Below, piece by piece: positions 52,271 through 64,000 of a DNA stretch of 64,000 nucleotides. Within the stretch, counting starts at the first letter, position 1; each line of letters starts with the position of its first letter. Position numbers and translations under genes: made by a program. This DNA is from Lama guanicoe. Lineage: Eukaryota. The notes under the pieces were generated by a model. It ran no database searches. It worked only from the letters and a program-made list of their open reading frames with translations, and was not told the origin of the DNA. Location: the NCBI GenBank assembly GCA_013239625.1, contig MU054323.1, positions 4,504,214 to 4,568,213 on the forward strand. Direction: 5' to 3'.

Positions 52271-54559
52271 CTTGTGTTTAGCTGGAGAGAGAAGGAACAG
52301 GGTAGCTTTTGGGAAACGCGAAACAACAGATCCAGAGTACGAAACCTCTCAGACTATTGCTTCAAAAGTTGTTGAAACAAAGCTATGCCCTGCAGGCACT
52401 CCATCCACGGTGATCCTGAAGCACTTTGCATATCCTTTTGTGAAAGCATTACCGTATTTACTTGCTAATCTTTGAGCATTGTGTTTCTTTAAACAGATCG
52501 AGAACTTGTAAATGAACCGGTCATGTTTCCACTTCTTTCCTTTTCTCTCTTATTCCAACAAAGACTACGTGCCAGTCCTAGTTCTTGATGCCAGGCACTG
52601 TGCCAGGCACAATAGGGATCAAGACTGAAAAGACAGAGTTTACACTCTACAGTCCCTTTGATTTAAATCTGCTTTCTTAGCAGATTTTTAAATCCGGCAC
52701 AAGAAAGCTAAGATTGTTTAACCGTATCTGTTGAAAGGAACCATATTTGTAAGGATGAAGGAGATGGAAACAAAAAGAAGATGAGAGTCCACTTGCTCAC
52801 TCTACTCTGCCGCACCCAAGACCCAGTGGAAAAGAGTTGAGTGGGAGGGGGATGGTTCAGCCTCCCAAACTGCCCCCAGGGCAGAACAGCTGTGCTGATG
52901 GTCCCACTGCCTCCTTCACAGCTTCCAAAGTTCCAGGCAGCCGGCTGTGAACACGCCAGCAGTTATTTTTATATTGCCAGTCTGAAAAAAAATGCTTTTT
53001 TCTTGAAATGCACCAAGGAATTACCTTCATAAAAACGGTGGCCCTTCAGGAAAACTTGTGAACTGGAGCCCAATATGTATTTCTACAAAAACCCCACATC
53101 GTATTTACCTTGAATGTGGACATCTTTAATGTGTCTGGAAAGACCACTCACGCCTTGTGCATTGCCCTTGACCTGTCAGGATGCCCTGACAGGTGTCAGA
53201 GCGCAGCCCCACACGTACCTGTAAGAGAACAGAAAAAGGAAGCAGGTTGGCAAGTGGTAAAGGGGCAGGAACTCGGAGGTAAAATTGCAACTCTGCTGCG
53301 GCCCAAGTAGTAGCAGTGGAATATTTGTATTTTTGAAGTTAATTTTTTTTAAAAAAACTGCTTGTCTGCACATTAATTTTTAGTTTCCGTCCTTTTTCTC
53401 CTGCACCACATGAACCAGACTTGGTAATTAGCTTTTTGAGCCGAGTTCAGCAATTTATTGGGCTTAGCCTGCAGTCCAGAAACTGATCACATACCTACCC
53501 TGACAAGACAGCCGTAATGAGTACAAAACCAGGAGCTGAAAACCCTGGGTGAACTGATTCTGCAACCGGAGGCCCCGAGCCGGTTGCTGGAAGTTGTCCC
53601 AAATGGACCCGGAGTCTTGCTACCTGCAGCACAATCCCACAACTATTGCCCCTCCCAGAGGTTGGATGCTATGGCACCACTGAAATGCCCTCGGAAGACT
53701 TTTTTCCTTCTATTTTAATTGCATTTTAGGAGGGAAAAAAAGTATGGCTCTGCAATATTTATTGCTCTGTTCAAGTGGAGAAAGAACCCTACAGAACATT
53801 GTAGCAATTACAAAGGTCAAAAGATTTTCTTTCCTGAGGCCATCTGATGGTACAGAGAAGCAGCTCTTCTGAACACATAATGAACACCACAGTCTCCATT
53901 TGGATTGGGAAGAAACCCCCAGCTCCCAGGAAAGGGGTTCTAATGAGATCCTGCATTAGTATTATACTGCTTTCAAAGCAATCACCAGCATGCTGATTGT
54001 TCCCTGGGCAGGGCCGAATTCATGAGCTCTGTTTTGTAACAAGATGAAGGCATGTTCGACAGAAAAGACTGGTTTTCAGAAGCAAACAAGCCACCAGGAT
54101 ATGCACAAATGAGCCCAAAGAACCACTGCCCGTGCCTGAGGTTTTTAATAATTTTGTAATGGATTGAAAAAAATAAAATAAGAAAGATTAAAAGCAAGAT
54201 ACATTGGCAAGTCTTAGGACACAAGACATAAAGCCATCAGTTTTCCTTGTGGCTCAAAACTTTATGGATTAAATATCACTACACCTGGGACAACAGATCA
54301 GAGATTGTTCTAGATTCCGGATCACCTTCGGGGACAGGTAGCCTTGTCTAATCTGACAGCCTCACCAGACTGGACCCGTCAGAAATGTGCAGTGCCTTCT
54401 CACTCCTCTCCTTCCGGTGGAAGTTCATACCAGAGGAAGGAATTCTGCTTTCTTAGACAGAGAAGTGATGCACAAAGGAAGGGACTTGGGAAGTCAGCTC
54501 GCTAGTCGGAGGCCTAGAATTGTTCTTTATTAAAGAAAGCAGGCTAACTGACTTTCTAC

Positions 54560-54910
54560 AAAGTGTTTATTGAATCTAGGTTTGTTCAGCTTTGGTACAA
54601 AGCATGGTCAAGGACGGGAAAAGATACTTCATTCCTGCTCTAAAGGGTATATAATACAAGATCAGGCGAATTGGTGATGATGGAAGCGTTGGATGATGTA
54701 ACAAATGATGCACCAAGTATGTGTGATGGAAATGCCTGCCCTCGGGGTCAGCTCAGACCTAGCCCTGTGGGCTGGTAAGATGGAAGAGACTGGTTTGTAA
54801 CAAAGCCATGAAGTGTCAATAAAATTTATGGGAGGGGACATTACAGGAGGAACAGTGGAATGAGCAAAGATACAGAAGTGAAACGATCATAGCCTATTTG
54901 TAGGATGGCT
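54560..54910 (-). mobile_element. L2 fragment
   Basis: gtgtttattgaatctagg...cattcctgctctaaaggg...ggaggaacagtggaatgagcaaagatacagaagtg. Confidence 0.7.
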
Positions 54911-55329
54911 AAAGCTATCACATAGACCCACTGTCAGGCGGATTCCAACAGTTCTTTCCCTTAGCCTTCTTTTCAAGCTAAATATTCCCCATTTGAAACC
55001 ATCCTGACACCCTGGTCTGCTCCTCTCCCCATGAGGAACCATTCCTCTCTCTGTGCTATCTCAGTGCCCTGTACACTATTCCATTCCAATACAGAACACT
55101 GGAATTATTTACCTCTTTCTCCCTCATGCAGTTGCGAGTTTTTCCAGGGCAGCAGTAAGGCTCTATACTTCCATGATCTTATAGAGTGATCAGTACTTAA
55201 TATGTGAAGGAAGTTTTGATGAATGTCTGGGTTTCTTTCAACTGTAATTTGTTCATATGGGTCTCCGGACTCTGACATCTTCTAGCTACCGGTATCTGCC
55301 TGCCTCTGTCCCTCTCTGCTCCATGCTTT

Positions 55330-56040
55330 TTAATGGACCGACAGTCCTCTAAAAATGTGATATCTGAACTGCAAAACTCCCAATGCAGGGTTAACCTTCA
55401 GACTCCTTATGACTCAGTCAGCTTTATCTATGAATTTATGCAAATTCAGTGTTAGAATATATTAGCTACATGAGATCACAGGCTCATATCGAGCCTGTTT
55501 TAAAAATAAAACTGTGAGACATCTATGGTCTCTCGCATTCTCTACTGATGCAAATGGATTTTTGATCCTAAATATGGAACTTTATGCATTTGTAAGTGTC
55601 AGGTTTTATTTTATTGGCTTAAAATATTACATATTTAAAGATAATTTTTAACTCTGATTTTGCCATCGACAACACTAAGTGCTCTCTTCCAACTTTACCA
55701 AGGATTCCATTTGCTAAGCCCATATTCCAGTTTTTTGTCAGTTAGTGGCTGAGAGTATTGAACCCAATAGGTCCAAGGGAGGAATCGTGAGTGAGACCCC
55801 TGGAAGTTCCTTCCAGGCTGACAAGAAGCTGACAAGTTAAGTGAACCTGCCTTGGGCTTCTTGTTTAATCACGTATGTACTCTGGCTAGCATTTTGTAAT
55901 ACCATCAGAGAAAATATAATGAAAATAAACATTTTTTCTAACACTTCAACTGCATTTATCTGGGGAATGAGAAAACAGATTTAGTGTAACCTGATGTTTT
56001 GTCCTCATGTCATTCACGAATGGTCACTGCCATCTTACTC
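55330..56040 (-). mobile_element. L3/CR1 LINE RT-region fragment
   Basis: ttttgatcctaaatatggaacttta...ctgattttgccatc...tattgaacccaataggtccaaggg...cttccaggctgaca resembles antisense L3. Confidence 0.65.
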
Positions 56041-57534
56041 TTTCTATCTCAAAGCAGTCAGCAAGATCTGACCATCACATACTTCCACAGTACATCTTCT
56101 ACCCACTTCTGAAAATTCAGACAATATCTTTCTTAAGATCAAGCAAAGCATTGTGATGTTTTTAATTAGTAAGATAATCATCTTGAGCTTGATAAAAATA
56201 TTGATACACAAGACAGGTAACTTTTGTGAGTCAAGAATTCTAAAGGTTTTATTTAGCCTTGTGGTCTTAGTCAAAACAGCTAAATTTCTTAAATCTTAGG
56301 TTTTGTGGGTGTTTTTCTTTCTTGCAAAATGACAGAATTAATAATGAATGGGAAAATTCCTAAAGTTTCATTTAGTCCTAAAGTTTTATAATTTAAGTTT
56401 AGCTGCTGTAGACAGCCAGGAAGTCCTTTATAACTTACCTGTTATCTATAGTGCAGGGGTCTGCCACCAATATGGAATCGAATCCACATTAAGATCTATT
56501 ACTTTCAAGAATTTTAGTTAGAACTGCTGCCTTCTTTATATAAAGGGCAGAACAAGTCTAAGAAAGAGGAAATGCTACTTCTCAGCCTGTGCATGCCTGC
56601 CAATCAGAAAGACCATTTGGGGATTTGATGCAAAGTTATTTCTGGTTGATGACTCCACATGCCAGAACTCTCACTGATATTTTTAAACCCCTGCAATAAA
56701 GTCTCAGTAGAAGAAACCACAAGATGAATTACACATGCTTATAGATCTGTCTCTGACAAACTTCAGGGTTTTCATTCATCTTCATAATTTCAGCACTCGG
56801 TGTCCCAGAAAATCTTTGGGGAATAGAATTGAGAAGCAAACCAATGATCTCACCCAACGGTAAAGACCAGAGGTTAAATATATTGTTTTTCTAATTGGAG
56901 GCAGAAAAAAAAATGTTTCGACAACAGTTGTTTTCCCTTCAATTCCCTTAGGCTTTGGTTGATGAACTATTTTCTAAAGAATTTTCTTTGTAGATGCCTT
57001 TTCATTTACTGAAAAGAACTAATTGTTTTTCCCAGAGATATATAAAAATACAGTGGGCTTAACTCACTACTCCATATCAAGGCTCAGAAAAATATTGTTC
57101 TCAAGGCACTCTATTCAGAGGAAATTTGCTTTTATACAGTGCTTTCATAGCAGAATCCTTGTTACTTAAGCAATCATTAGGAGCCATTTACATATGTTAG
57201 CCAAATCTAGCTGATTATGCACATCCTATAAATCATCAGCAGGAGCAAAGGAAAATCCACAGCCGCATCTTTAACCATGCCAGGACCAGTGTTTCATTCT
57301 TGCTCTTGGAGTCTCTTGACACTAAGGTAAGATGTGCATTTCTTATTTAGCCGAAGTGTAACCCTTTCTGCCTCAGGCCACACTCATCCGAAAGAAAACA
57401 AGTGAGTAGCTGGAAGCAGTGTTCTTTCTCCCCATCCTCCCTCCGCAAGTGGAGGTGCTTATCAGATCGTTCAGTTGCCAAGATGCTAGTAAAGCTCTGA
57501 TTACCAATAGGCAAGGACCAGGTGTGTTAAAGGG

Positions 57535-58228
57535 ATATACACATATACCCGTGGCTCATTTATTTTGTAACTGAAAATTTGTACCTCTGCCTCTGCCTCA
57601 CCTGCTTCTCTCCTCCTCCCACCCTCCTCCCCTCTGGCAGCTACCTGTTGGTTTTCTGTACCTGTGATTCTGTTCGGGGAATATAGTCAATAACTATATC
57701 ATCTCTTTGTATGGTAACAGATGACAGCTAGACTTATGGTGATCGTTTGGGATGTATAGAAATACCCAGTCATCATGTTGCGTGCTAGGAACTAATACAG
57801 TGTTGTAGGCCAATTATACTTCTAGAACAAATAAACTCGTAGAAAAAGGGGTAAGATTTGTGGCCACCAGAGATGGGGATGGGGGCTCAGGGGAAGGGGG
57901 ATTACATGATGGTGGTCAAAAGGTACACACGTTCAGTTACAAGATAGATAAGTACTAGGGAAGTAATTTACAACATGATAAAGATCATCATCACAGCTGT
58001 ACATTATATATGAAAGTTTTTGAGAATAAATCCTGAGTTCTCACCAAAAGGAAAACTTTTTTTTTCTATTTCTTTAATGTTGTCTCTATATGAGATGATA
58101 GACATTCACTAAACTTACTGTGGTCATCATTTCGTGATGTATGTAAGTCAGATCATTATGTTGTACACCTTAAACTTATGCAGTGCTGTGTGTCAATTAT
58201 CTCTCAATAAAACCCGGTTAAAAAAATA
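57535..58228 (+). mobile_element. L1MA9-like 3' UTR with inverted 5' segment (~57535-57675 antisense)
   Basis: Antisense ctcatttattttgtaactgaaaatttgtacc...cccctctggcagctacc, then sense ggggaatatagtcaataac...tcaattatctctcaataaaacccggttaaaaaaa. Confidence 0.85.
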
Positions 58229-58827
58229 CTTATTTTATATATATATAGGTGGTTCTGCTCAAAGCTCAAAATTTGAATAAATTGCTCATTGGTAGTTTTA
58301 TCCTTACCTCATGAGGCGTTTGGATCCTTGCTCTCCAGGATGTGGTCAGTAATAAGATAGGGACCTTTGGGCGAAGAATTGGACCGGTCTCCAGATTAAG
58401 CCAATACTCCAGGTACATCTTAGAAAGTCCTGTATTGTACAAGGCAAATGTCAGACTAATAAGGTGACCCTGTTATAACAGTAAAGTAGCATGTTGACTT
58501 CACATTGTCATTGCCCCTTGCGTTTCTAGTTTCCTAACAAAAGAGAAGGGGTAAAATGCTTTGCAACAGTAAAAACAGTAACAAGTGGGAAAAAAAGTCT
58601 TTGGTAAAACTATTAACATTACAAAAGGGAGAAAAATCTGCAGCAGCACTGTAAATTGGATGGGATTGACCTCCTTGTATTGGAAAGAAAAACTCCCCTA
58701 CATGTAGCACATTTTGATCAGACTGAAGGAAGCTAAGATGAGTATTCACAATTCTTCATTCGGAGAATGAAGGCAGGCAATCTCTTAGAAAACTATAAAT
58801 TTTTTTAAGGCAAACTGAAATATCAGG

Positions 58828-59010
58828 TTTTATTTTTTTAATTGAAGTATAGTCAGTTTACAATGCTGTGTCAATTTCTGATGTACAGCATAATAGTTCA
58901 GTCGTACATATATATACATATATTCGTTTTCATATTCTTTTTCATTATAGGCTACTATAAGATACTGAATGTAGTTCCCTGTGCTGTACAGCATAAACTT
59001 GTTATTTTTA
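58828..59010 (-). mobile_element. Short artiodactyl/camelid-type L1 3' end
   Basis: ttttttaattgaagtatagtcagtttacaatgctgtgtcaatttctgatgtacagc...gtagttccctgtgct. Confidence 0.9.
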
Positions 59011-60095
59011 TGCCTTTTGGTCTTCATCACATTGCACACTTATATTTTCTTCTTCTTGGCTTCCATTAATAGATGATATATTTGCATCCATATTATTGGT
59101 TTTTAATTTTAAAAGTTTTCTGATGCATTTAAATTCTTTTCCATTTTCTAATATAATACTTTTTAATTTATTTATAAGGTTTATTTTGCTGCAACTTTTC
59201 TAGTTTCTGGGGTTGAATATTTATTTCATTTAGTTTTACTATTTCTTATTTAATGAAAAATATAATTAAGTAAATGAATTTTGCTCTTTTTAAAGTTTCA
59301 GCTATGCCTAGGAGTGACTAAACAGCTATAATGAGATTACTATGATACATAAAGTCTCATTGTAGTTAATTTTAATAACTTGTCAGACAGCTTTGATTAA
59401 GCTTTTGATGCAAAGATTATTTAGCAGAGGTTTTTGTTTTTATTTCCAAATGATTAGATTAGTTTCTTTATCACTTGGTAATAAAAACTTGGTTTTATTA
59501 CATTGTGAATAGAAAATTTGTAATTGTAACTGTAATCTTTTGTTTGTAAATGTATTGGAACAATGTTACAAATGCTTTTTTTATATAAGGGGCACATTTT
59601 GACATCATCTATTTGGTTTAATACATTAATCATATTTTTCTAATACTATGTTATTTTGCTCTAATTGAGCTGTAAAAAATATGACAATATATGTCAGTCC
59701 AAGACTGACTAATATTCTTTTTCATCTTGCTGGTTGTATTTTAAGGTTTTTTTCTCATAAACCTTGGGGTTAGTGAATTCGGAACACAGATCCACGACGA
59801 GTACATCTTTATTGTGATTTGTCCTTTATATTAAATAATTTCATTTTGTAGGTATATGCTTTTTGTATGATTTTATTTTAATATCAGGATGACTCTTTCT
59901 GCTGTGTAGAAGTAATGCCTACACATAGGCATTTCCCTACTATTTCCCCATCTCATTATTATCCTTCTTCGTTATTTTGATTTGATGCTGGCACTCACAA
60001 AAGTGTAAATTGAGTTTTTTAAACCAAAACCAATGTGTTTTGGCTTTCATTTACAAGGATTCAACCTGTTTCCATTTCTTTTTATAATATATAGG
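59011..60095 (-). mobile_element. Old L1 ORF2 fragment (antisense)
   Basis: T-rich; ttttgatgcaaagattatttagcagagg...tttccaaat...ggttttattacattgtga. Confidence 0.6.
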
Positions 60096-60317
60096 TGCAA
60101 TTTTTTTGTAAACTGTAATCTATTAATGAAAAGACTATAGAAAATTTTACAAATCATCAGTGCAAAATTAAATGACATATTTCAAAGTGAATATACCCGT
60201 GTAACTTAATGACCACACAGATTAAGATGTAGAACTTAATAGAACCCCTGTCATGCCCCATCCCAGTCATTCGTTCCCCTGAACATCACCGTTCAGACTG
60301 CTGTCACCACAGATTAA

Positions 60318-60657
60318 TATGAGCTATAATGGAATGCCATAGACTGGGTGGCCTATGAACAACAGAAATTTATTTCTCACAGCTCCGAAGGCTGGGTGTT
60401 CCACCATCAAGGTGTCAGCAGGTTCCGTGTCTGGTGAGGATCCACCTCCGGGTTCCTAGCCATCTTTTTGCTGTGTCCTCACATGGTGGAAGTGGGTGTG
60501 TGGTCTCTTTTATGAGGGCACAGTCCCATTCATGAGGGCTCCACCCTCATGTCCTAATCACCTCCCCAAGGTCCACCTCCAAACACCATCACATTACACT
60601 GGGGCTTAGCTCTCAACAGGTGATCTTTAGGAAAGCACAACTTTTCAGTCTATAGCA
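60318..60657 (-). mobile_element. Solo MaLR LTR (MLT1A-like)
   Basis: ccatagactgggtggcctatgaacaacagaaatttatttctcacagctcc...cattcatgagggctccaccctcatgtcctaatcacctccc...tcagtctatagca. Confidence 0.92.
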
Positions 60658-60959
60658 ATTCGTGTTTCTGTTTTAGGGGTTTGTATAAAAAGAATCCTTT
60701 GTAATCTTTGGATCTGGCTCTTTAAGTTCATTTTCTTTTTGTGAAAATCCTCCATGGTATTGCAAGAAGCAAATTTGTAGTTTCATTGCTGTATAGTGTT
60801 TACTTTTCTGACTATCACAAAATGTATTTATTTATTCTACAACCATTTTAGGTTTTTTTTTTCCCAGTTTGGGCTTATTATAAATAATACTTGTATAAAC
60901 ATTATCATATATCTCTTTCAATGTACAAGACCTAAGTGAAATGGATGGGTCATAGGGGA

Positions 60960-61042
60960 TTCATATATAATATATATATAGAGAGAGTTATATGTACAGT
61001 ATATGTAGATATATATGTACAGGATATAGATATATTTATATA
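60960..61042. repeat. Degenerate (TA)n low-complexity repeat
   Basis: Read directly from the sequence. Confidence 0.85.
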
Positions 61043-63619
61043 TTCTTAGTGTGCTTGTTAAATTTTTATCGAGTTCTTGACACTGCATATTTGTCCAGAG
61101 TGGGTTTACAGTATTCTGCTCTAGGCATGAATGGAAACACATCACCCTGCTCTAACCAGGCGCTGATTGTGGCTGCTGTGAAAGTCTCAGCCTACCTTTG
61201 GTTCATGCATGCATGCATGCTCCTTGGATGCTGCTTTTCAAGGTTATGATCGGCAGACTAGGATGTTGACTAGGGCCTCTATTCTTGGCCGGCCCTAGAC
61301 TCTAGTTTTGCCTCCTCAGTACAGTGGGACTGCTGGAAACTCAGCTCTGCCTTTCAGTGGCTTTCTCTTTGGGCTCTTAACATCTACCCTGCATAGCTTG
61401 GAATTCAGATAATGCCTCCTGAGGGAGAACCACCAGTGTTTTTCTAGTTTCTCTGCACCTCTATTTCCTCTGGACCCTTGGCCTCTCAAATCCTGTGTTC
61501 CTTGGTGGCCCCAACTCCCCCAGTGATTGTCTCTCCTGTTCTGTAAGATGGGTAAATATGAATCACTTGGCTGTGACCCTCTGACTAGTTCGCCATCCTT
61601 TTGCCCTGAAGAATTAGAAAAGACCCTCAGGAGAAAAGTGGTTTACAGAATATTGCCTCATTCGCTCTATTTTTCTCATCTCTTGCACCCACAAGGGCTG
61701 ATAGCTTCACAGAGCTCATGCATATAGATGATTTTTTTTTCTACTGTATCCAAGTTTACCAGATGTTCTTGACCGAAACAGCTAAGTGGGGTGGGAAGTC
61801 CAAATTAAACCTATGTTGTACTTTCTGTTTCTTTGCTTTTTTAGAAGTTTGCTATCTTCTTACTATTGCTTAAATTTTTGTTCTTCTTTATTTCTTCTAA
61901 CTTGAAAACTGCATAGCACATTTTGATTCTAGTGCTAGCTTCTTTTATGTTTTTAAACACACACACGTAAGCTTATATTTCTATATTTCTCAGTGTCAAG
62001 AAAAAGAGTATGTATAGAACTTAGCACTTTTTACCCTCTCAAAAATTTCTTGGTATTCTTCCATTGTGTTTAAAATTGTTCATACAAATAGATTTATTTT
62101 CCTTCATAAGGTAAGAGTTGTTTTCTCTGCCTGGATGCTGATGAAATATTTTTTCTCAAGTTTTGCAAAAATCTGTGCCTTGTGTTCTTGTTACTGTTTG
62201 TTTGTTTCTTTTAGTTTTCCCAGCTTACTTGACTAATAATCCTGTGCTGGGCAATGTCTATGTTAACCTGATTGTCAGTTTAAAACGTTAAATCATCTTA
62301 TGTGTAAGTGCTTTTATGTCTAATGCTGAATCGTTTTGAATTTAAATGTCATCAGATGCCACAGACCAATTCTCTTACAGTTATGATCAGAGACGGGAAA
62401 TGAGGATATGAAAAACTTTTAAAAGTGAAAGATACTGTGAACGAAGCATAGAACTTAGTTCCTGCTTTCAAAGCACTCAAAACCATTTAGGCAAATGTAG
62501 CCCAAAACATTGGTTTCCCACCCAGTGTCTGTTCACCCCTCCTTCCCTTAGGGGAGAACCGGAGAGCCACAGCCTCCCCTGCAGCGCGGGTAGACCTGTG
62601 GCAGAATCTCTCCATTGACATGTAAATGAAATCTGCCCGGTGTTCTGGGAAGGTGTTTGCTCTGAATAACCAATGCAAATGAATGCATTTGCTGTGGTTC
62701 CCCCACCCCGCTTCTTTCCTGACAGGAACATAAGTTTTGGAGTTGCAGCAACTATCTTGCAATCTTAATGAACCAACAGTGAGAAAAATGTACAGAACAT
62801 CACAGGAGTGCCAGTCCCGAAAATGGTGTGCTTCTAAACAAATGACCACGACCCCTTTCAAACAGACTTCTGGTTATTTAAAGAAAACATCCTCAACTTA
62901 CTTAAGCCACCATAAATCAAGTCTTCCATATATGCATCTGAGATATTAGAGGAAGTTAATTTCAGCAACCACACAAGAGAAGTCATAGTAAAAAGCCAGA
63001 TATGTGGTGTAGCTGAAAATGGTTATGTTTTCCCTTGGCTCCTTTACGTGCAAGGCAGCCTTCTTGCAGCCCTCTGAGAAAAGCCCTTTTGGCCCTGGAC
63101 TCTGGAACAACTGCCTTTCCAACCACATGCAATTGGTCTGCACCTTCTATTAACATCTCTTCACTGATCTCCCTGTTCAAAGCCTCTCGCTTTCTCTTTC
63201 CTAGAGACAAGATTGCAAGGTAATTAAATATTCTCCCTAGCCAGCAAAACTGGAAGGAGGGGGGGTGAGAATTTTTTTTCCCATTAAGCCTTTCAAGAGA
63301 GTATGTTGAGAGATCTTTCTTTTCTCTAACAAATTACTGAGTGAAACACAAGTGGTCAGAACCACTAGAGAGTGTCTCCAGACGCTTTCCTTAGGGAACG
63401 TAAAAATCCTGGCAAAACACTGGCATGTAAGAATCAAGAAATTAAACTGAGGGAAATAAATATAAGAAGTCAGTAACTGCTGGGACTTCATTTCCCACCC
63501 TCCCACCCTCCACCCCAGCACTGTAGAGAACTGGAATCTCCGAACCGAGAGCGCAGGAGGAAGTGACTTCAAGTTCTGAATTATCTACTTAGACTAGTTT
63601 TACCTTGATTTCTCATAAT

Positions 63620-63740
63620 TATTAGTCCACAATGATGCTAGGCACTCTGCTGAGCAGTCAAAGGGAAACAAATATGTAAGCTGGACAAAGATGCTTTGGT
63701 CCTTGGAAGTTGGAAGCTTCTGTAATCACTGTGATGACAG
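63620..63740 (-). mobile_element. L2 fragment
   Basis: gctaggcactctgctgagc...ggacaaagatgctttggtccttggaag. Confidence 0.55.
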
Positions 63741-64000
63741 CAAGTGACAGAACTGTGCCATGAAGTCTATTTTGGAGCTACAACCAAGCCCAACTCATCT
63801 AGAGGCTCTTTTCACGCAAATGGAATTTTCTGGGAAAAAGTCAATACCAATCACCTTGTGCTTTCCACACATACACACCATGTTTCTCATTTTTGAACCT
63901 GCCCTTTGTTCGTTAACTCATTGTGTTGAGCATGTAAAGATATTAGACGCTGATTTTCATAATTGAATTACCTCCCTCCAGTTACATCCCACACGTAGGA

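Larger units (their letters stand above)
60100..61100 (-). mobile_element. L1MB/L1MC-like 3' end, interrupted by an MLT1A LTR and a TA-rich repeat
   Basis: tttcaaagtgaatatacccgtgtaac...acagattaagatgtagaac...tttcattgctgtatagtgtt...cctaagtgaaatggatgggtcatagg. Confidence 0.75.

Noticed and set aside
53797..53815. CATTGT-n7-ACAAAG as a SOXE dimer site
   Set aside because: Orientation and spacing differ from the usual ACAAAG-n4-CTTTGT arrangement; kept only as two single SOX words.
1..64000. CRISPR arrays, tRNA/rRNA/snRNA genes, processed pseudogenes, CpG-island promoter, prokaryote-type systems
   Set aside because: I saw no regularly spaced direct repeats, recognisable structural-RNA sequence, long codon-like tract or CpG island; the DNA is mammalian and repeat-rich. 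A diverged small-RNA copy could have been missed by eye.

Overview
This is AT-rich mammalian non-coding DNA, intergenic or deep-intronic. It is most likely from a camelid (camel/alpaca), an inference from the 3' UTR type of the youngest L1 copies and the absence of Alu, Bov-A/BovB, PRE and Can-SINE elements. I can support no protein-coding gene, tRNA, rRNA or CRISPR array; the ORF track is explained by chance ORFs and decayed repeats. Much of the window is interspersed repeat: MIR, L2, L3/CR1, old and young L1, MaLR/ERV LTRs and hAT MITEs. There is one 262-N assembly gap inside a young L1. Structural highlights are (i) a complete two-LTR MaLR (MLT1) provirus nested in an old L1 and itself carrying a young L1 with a TSD, and (ii) two 5'-inverted (twin-primed) L1 insertions. 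Regulatory or splicing candidates are a strong CTCF motif, a cluster of six E-boxes, a minus-strand 3'ss/5'ss-overlapping (recursive-splice-like) site followed by a stop-containing exon with a TALE-homeodomain palindrome, and several repeat-free motif-dense blocks that look like enhancers. I do not see convincing evidence of a new biological system. Repeat family names come from remembered consensus sequences, and boundaries are approximate unless a TSD is given.
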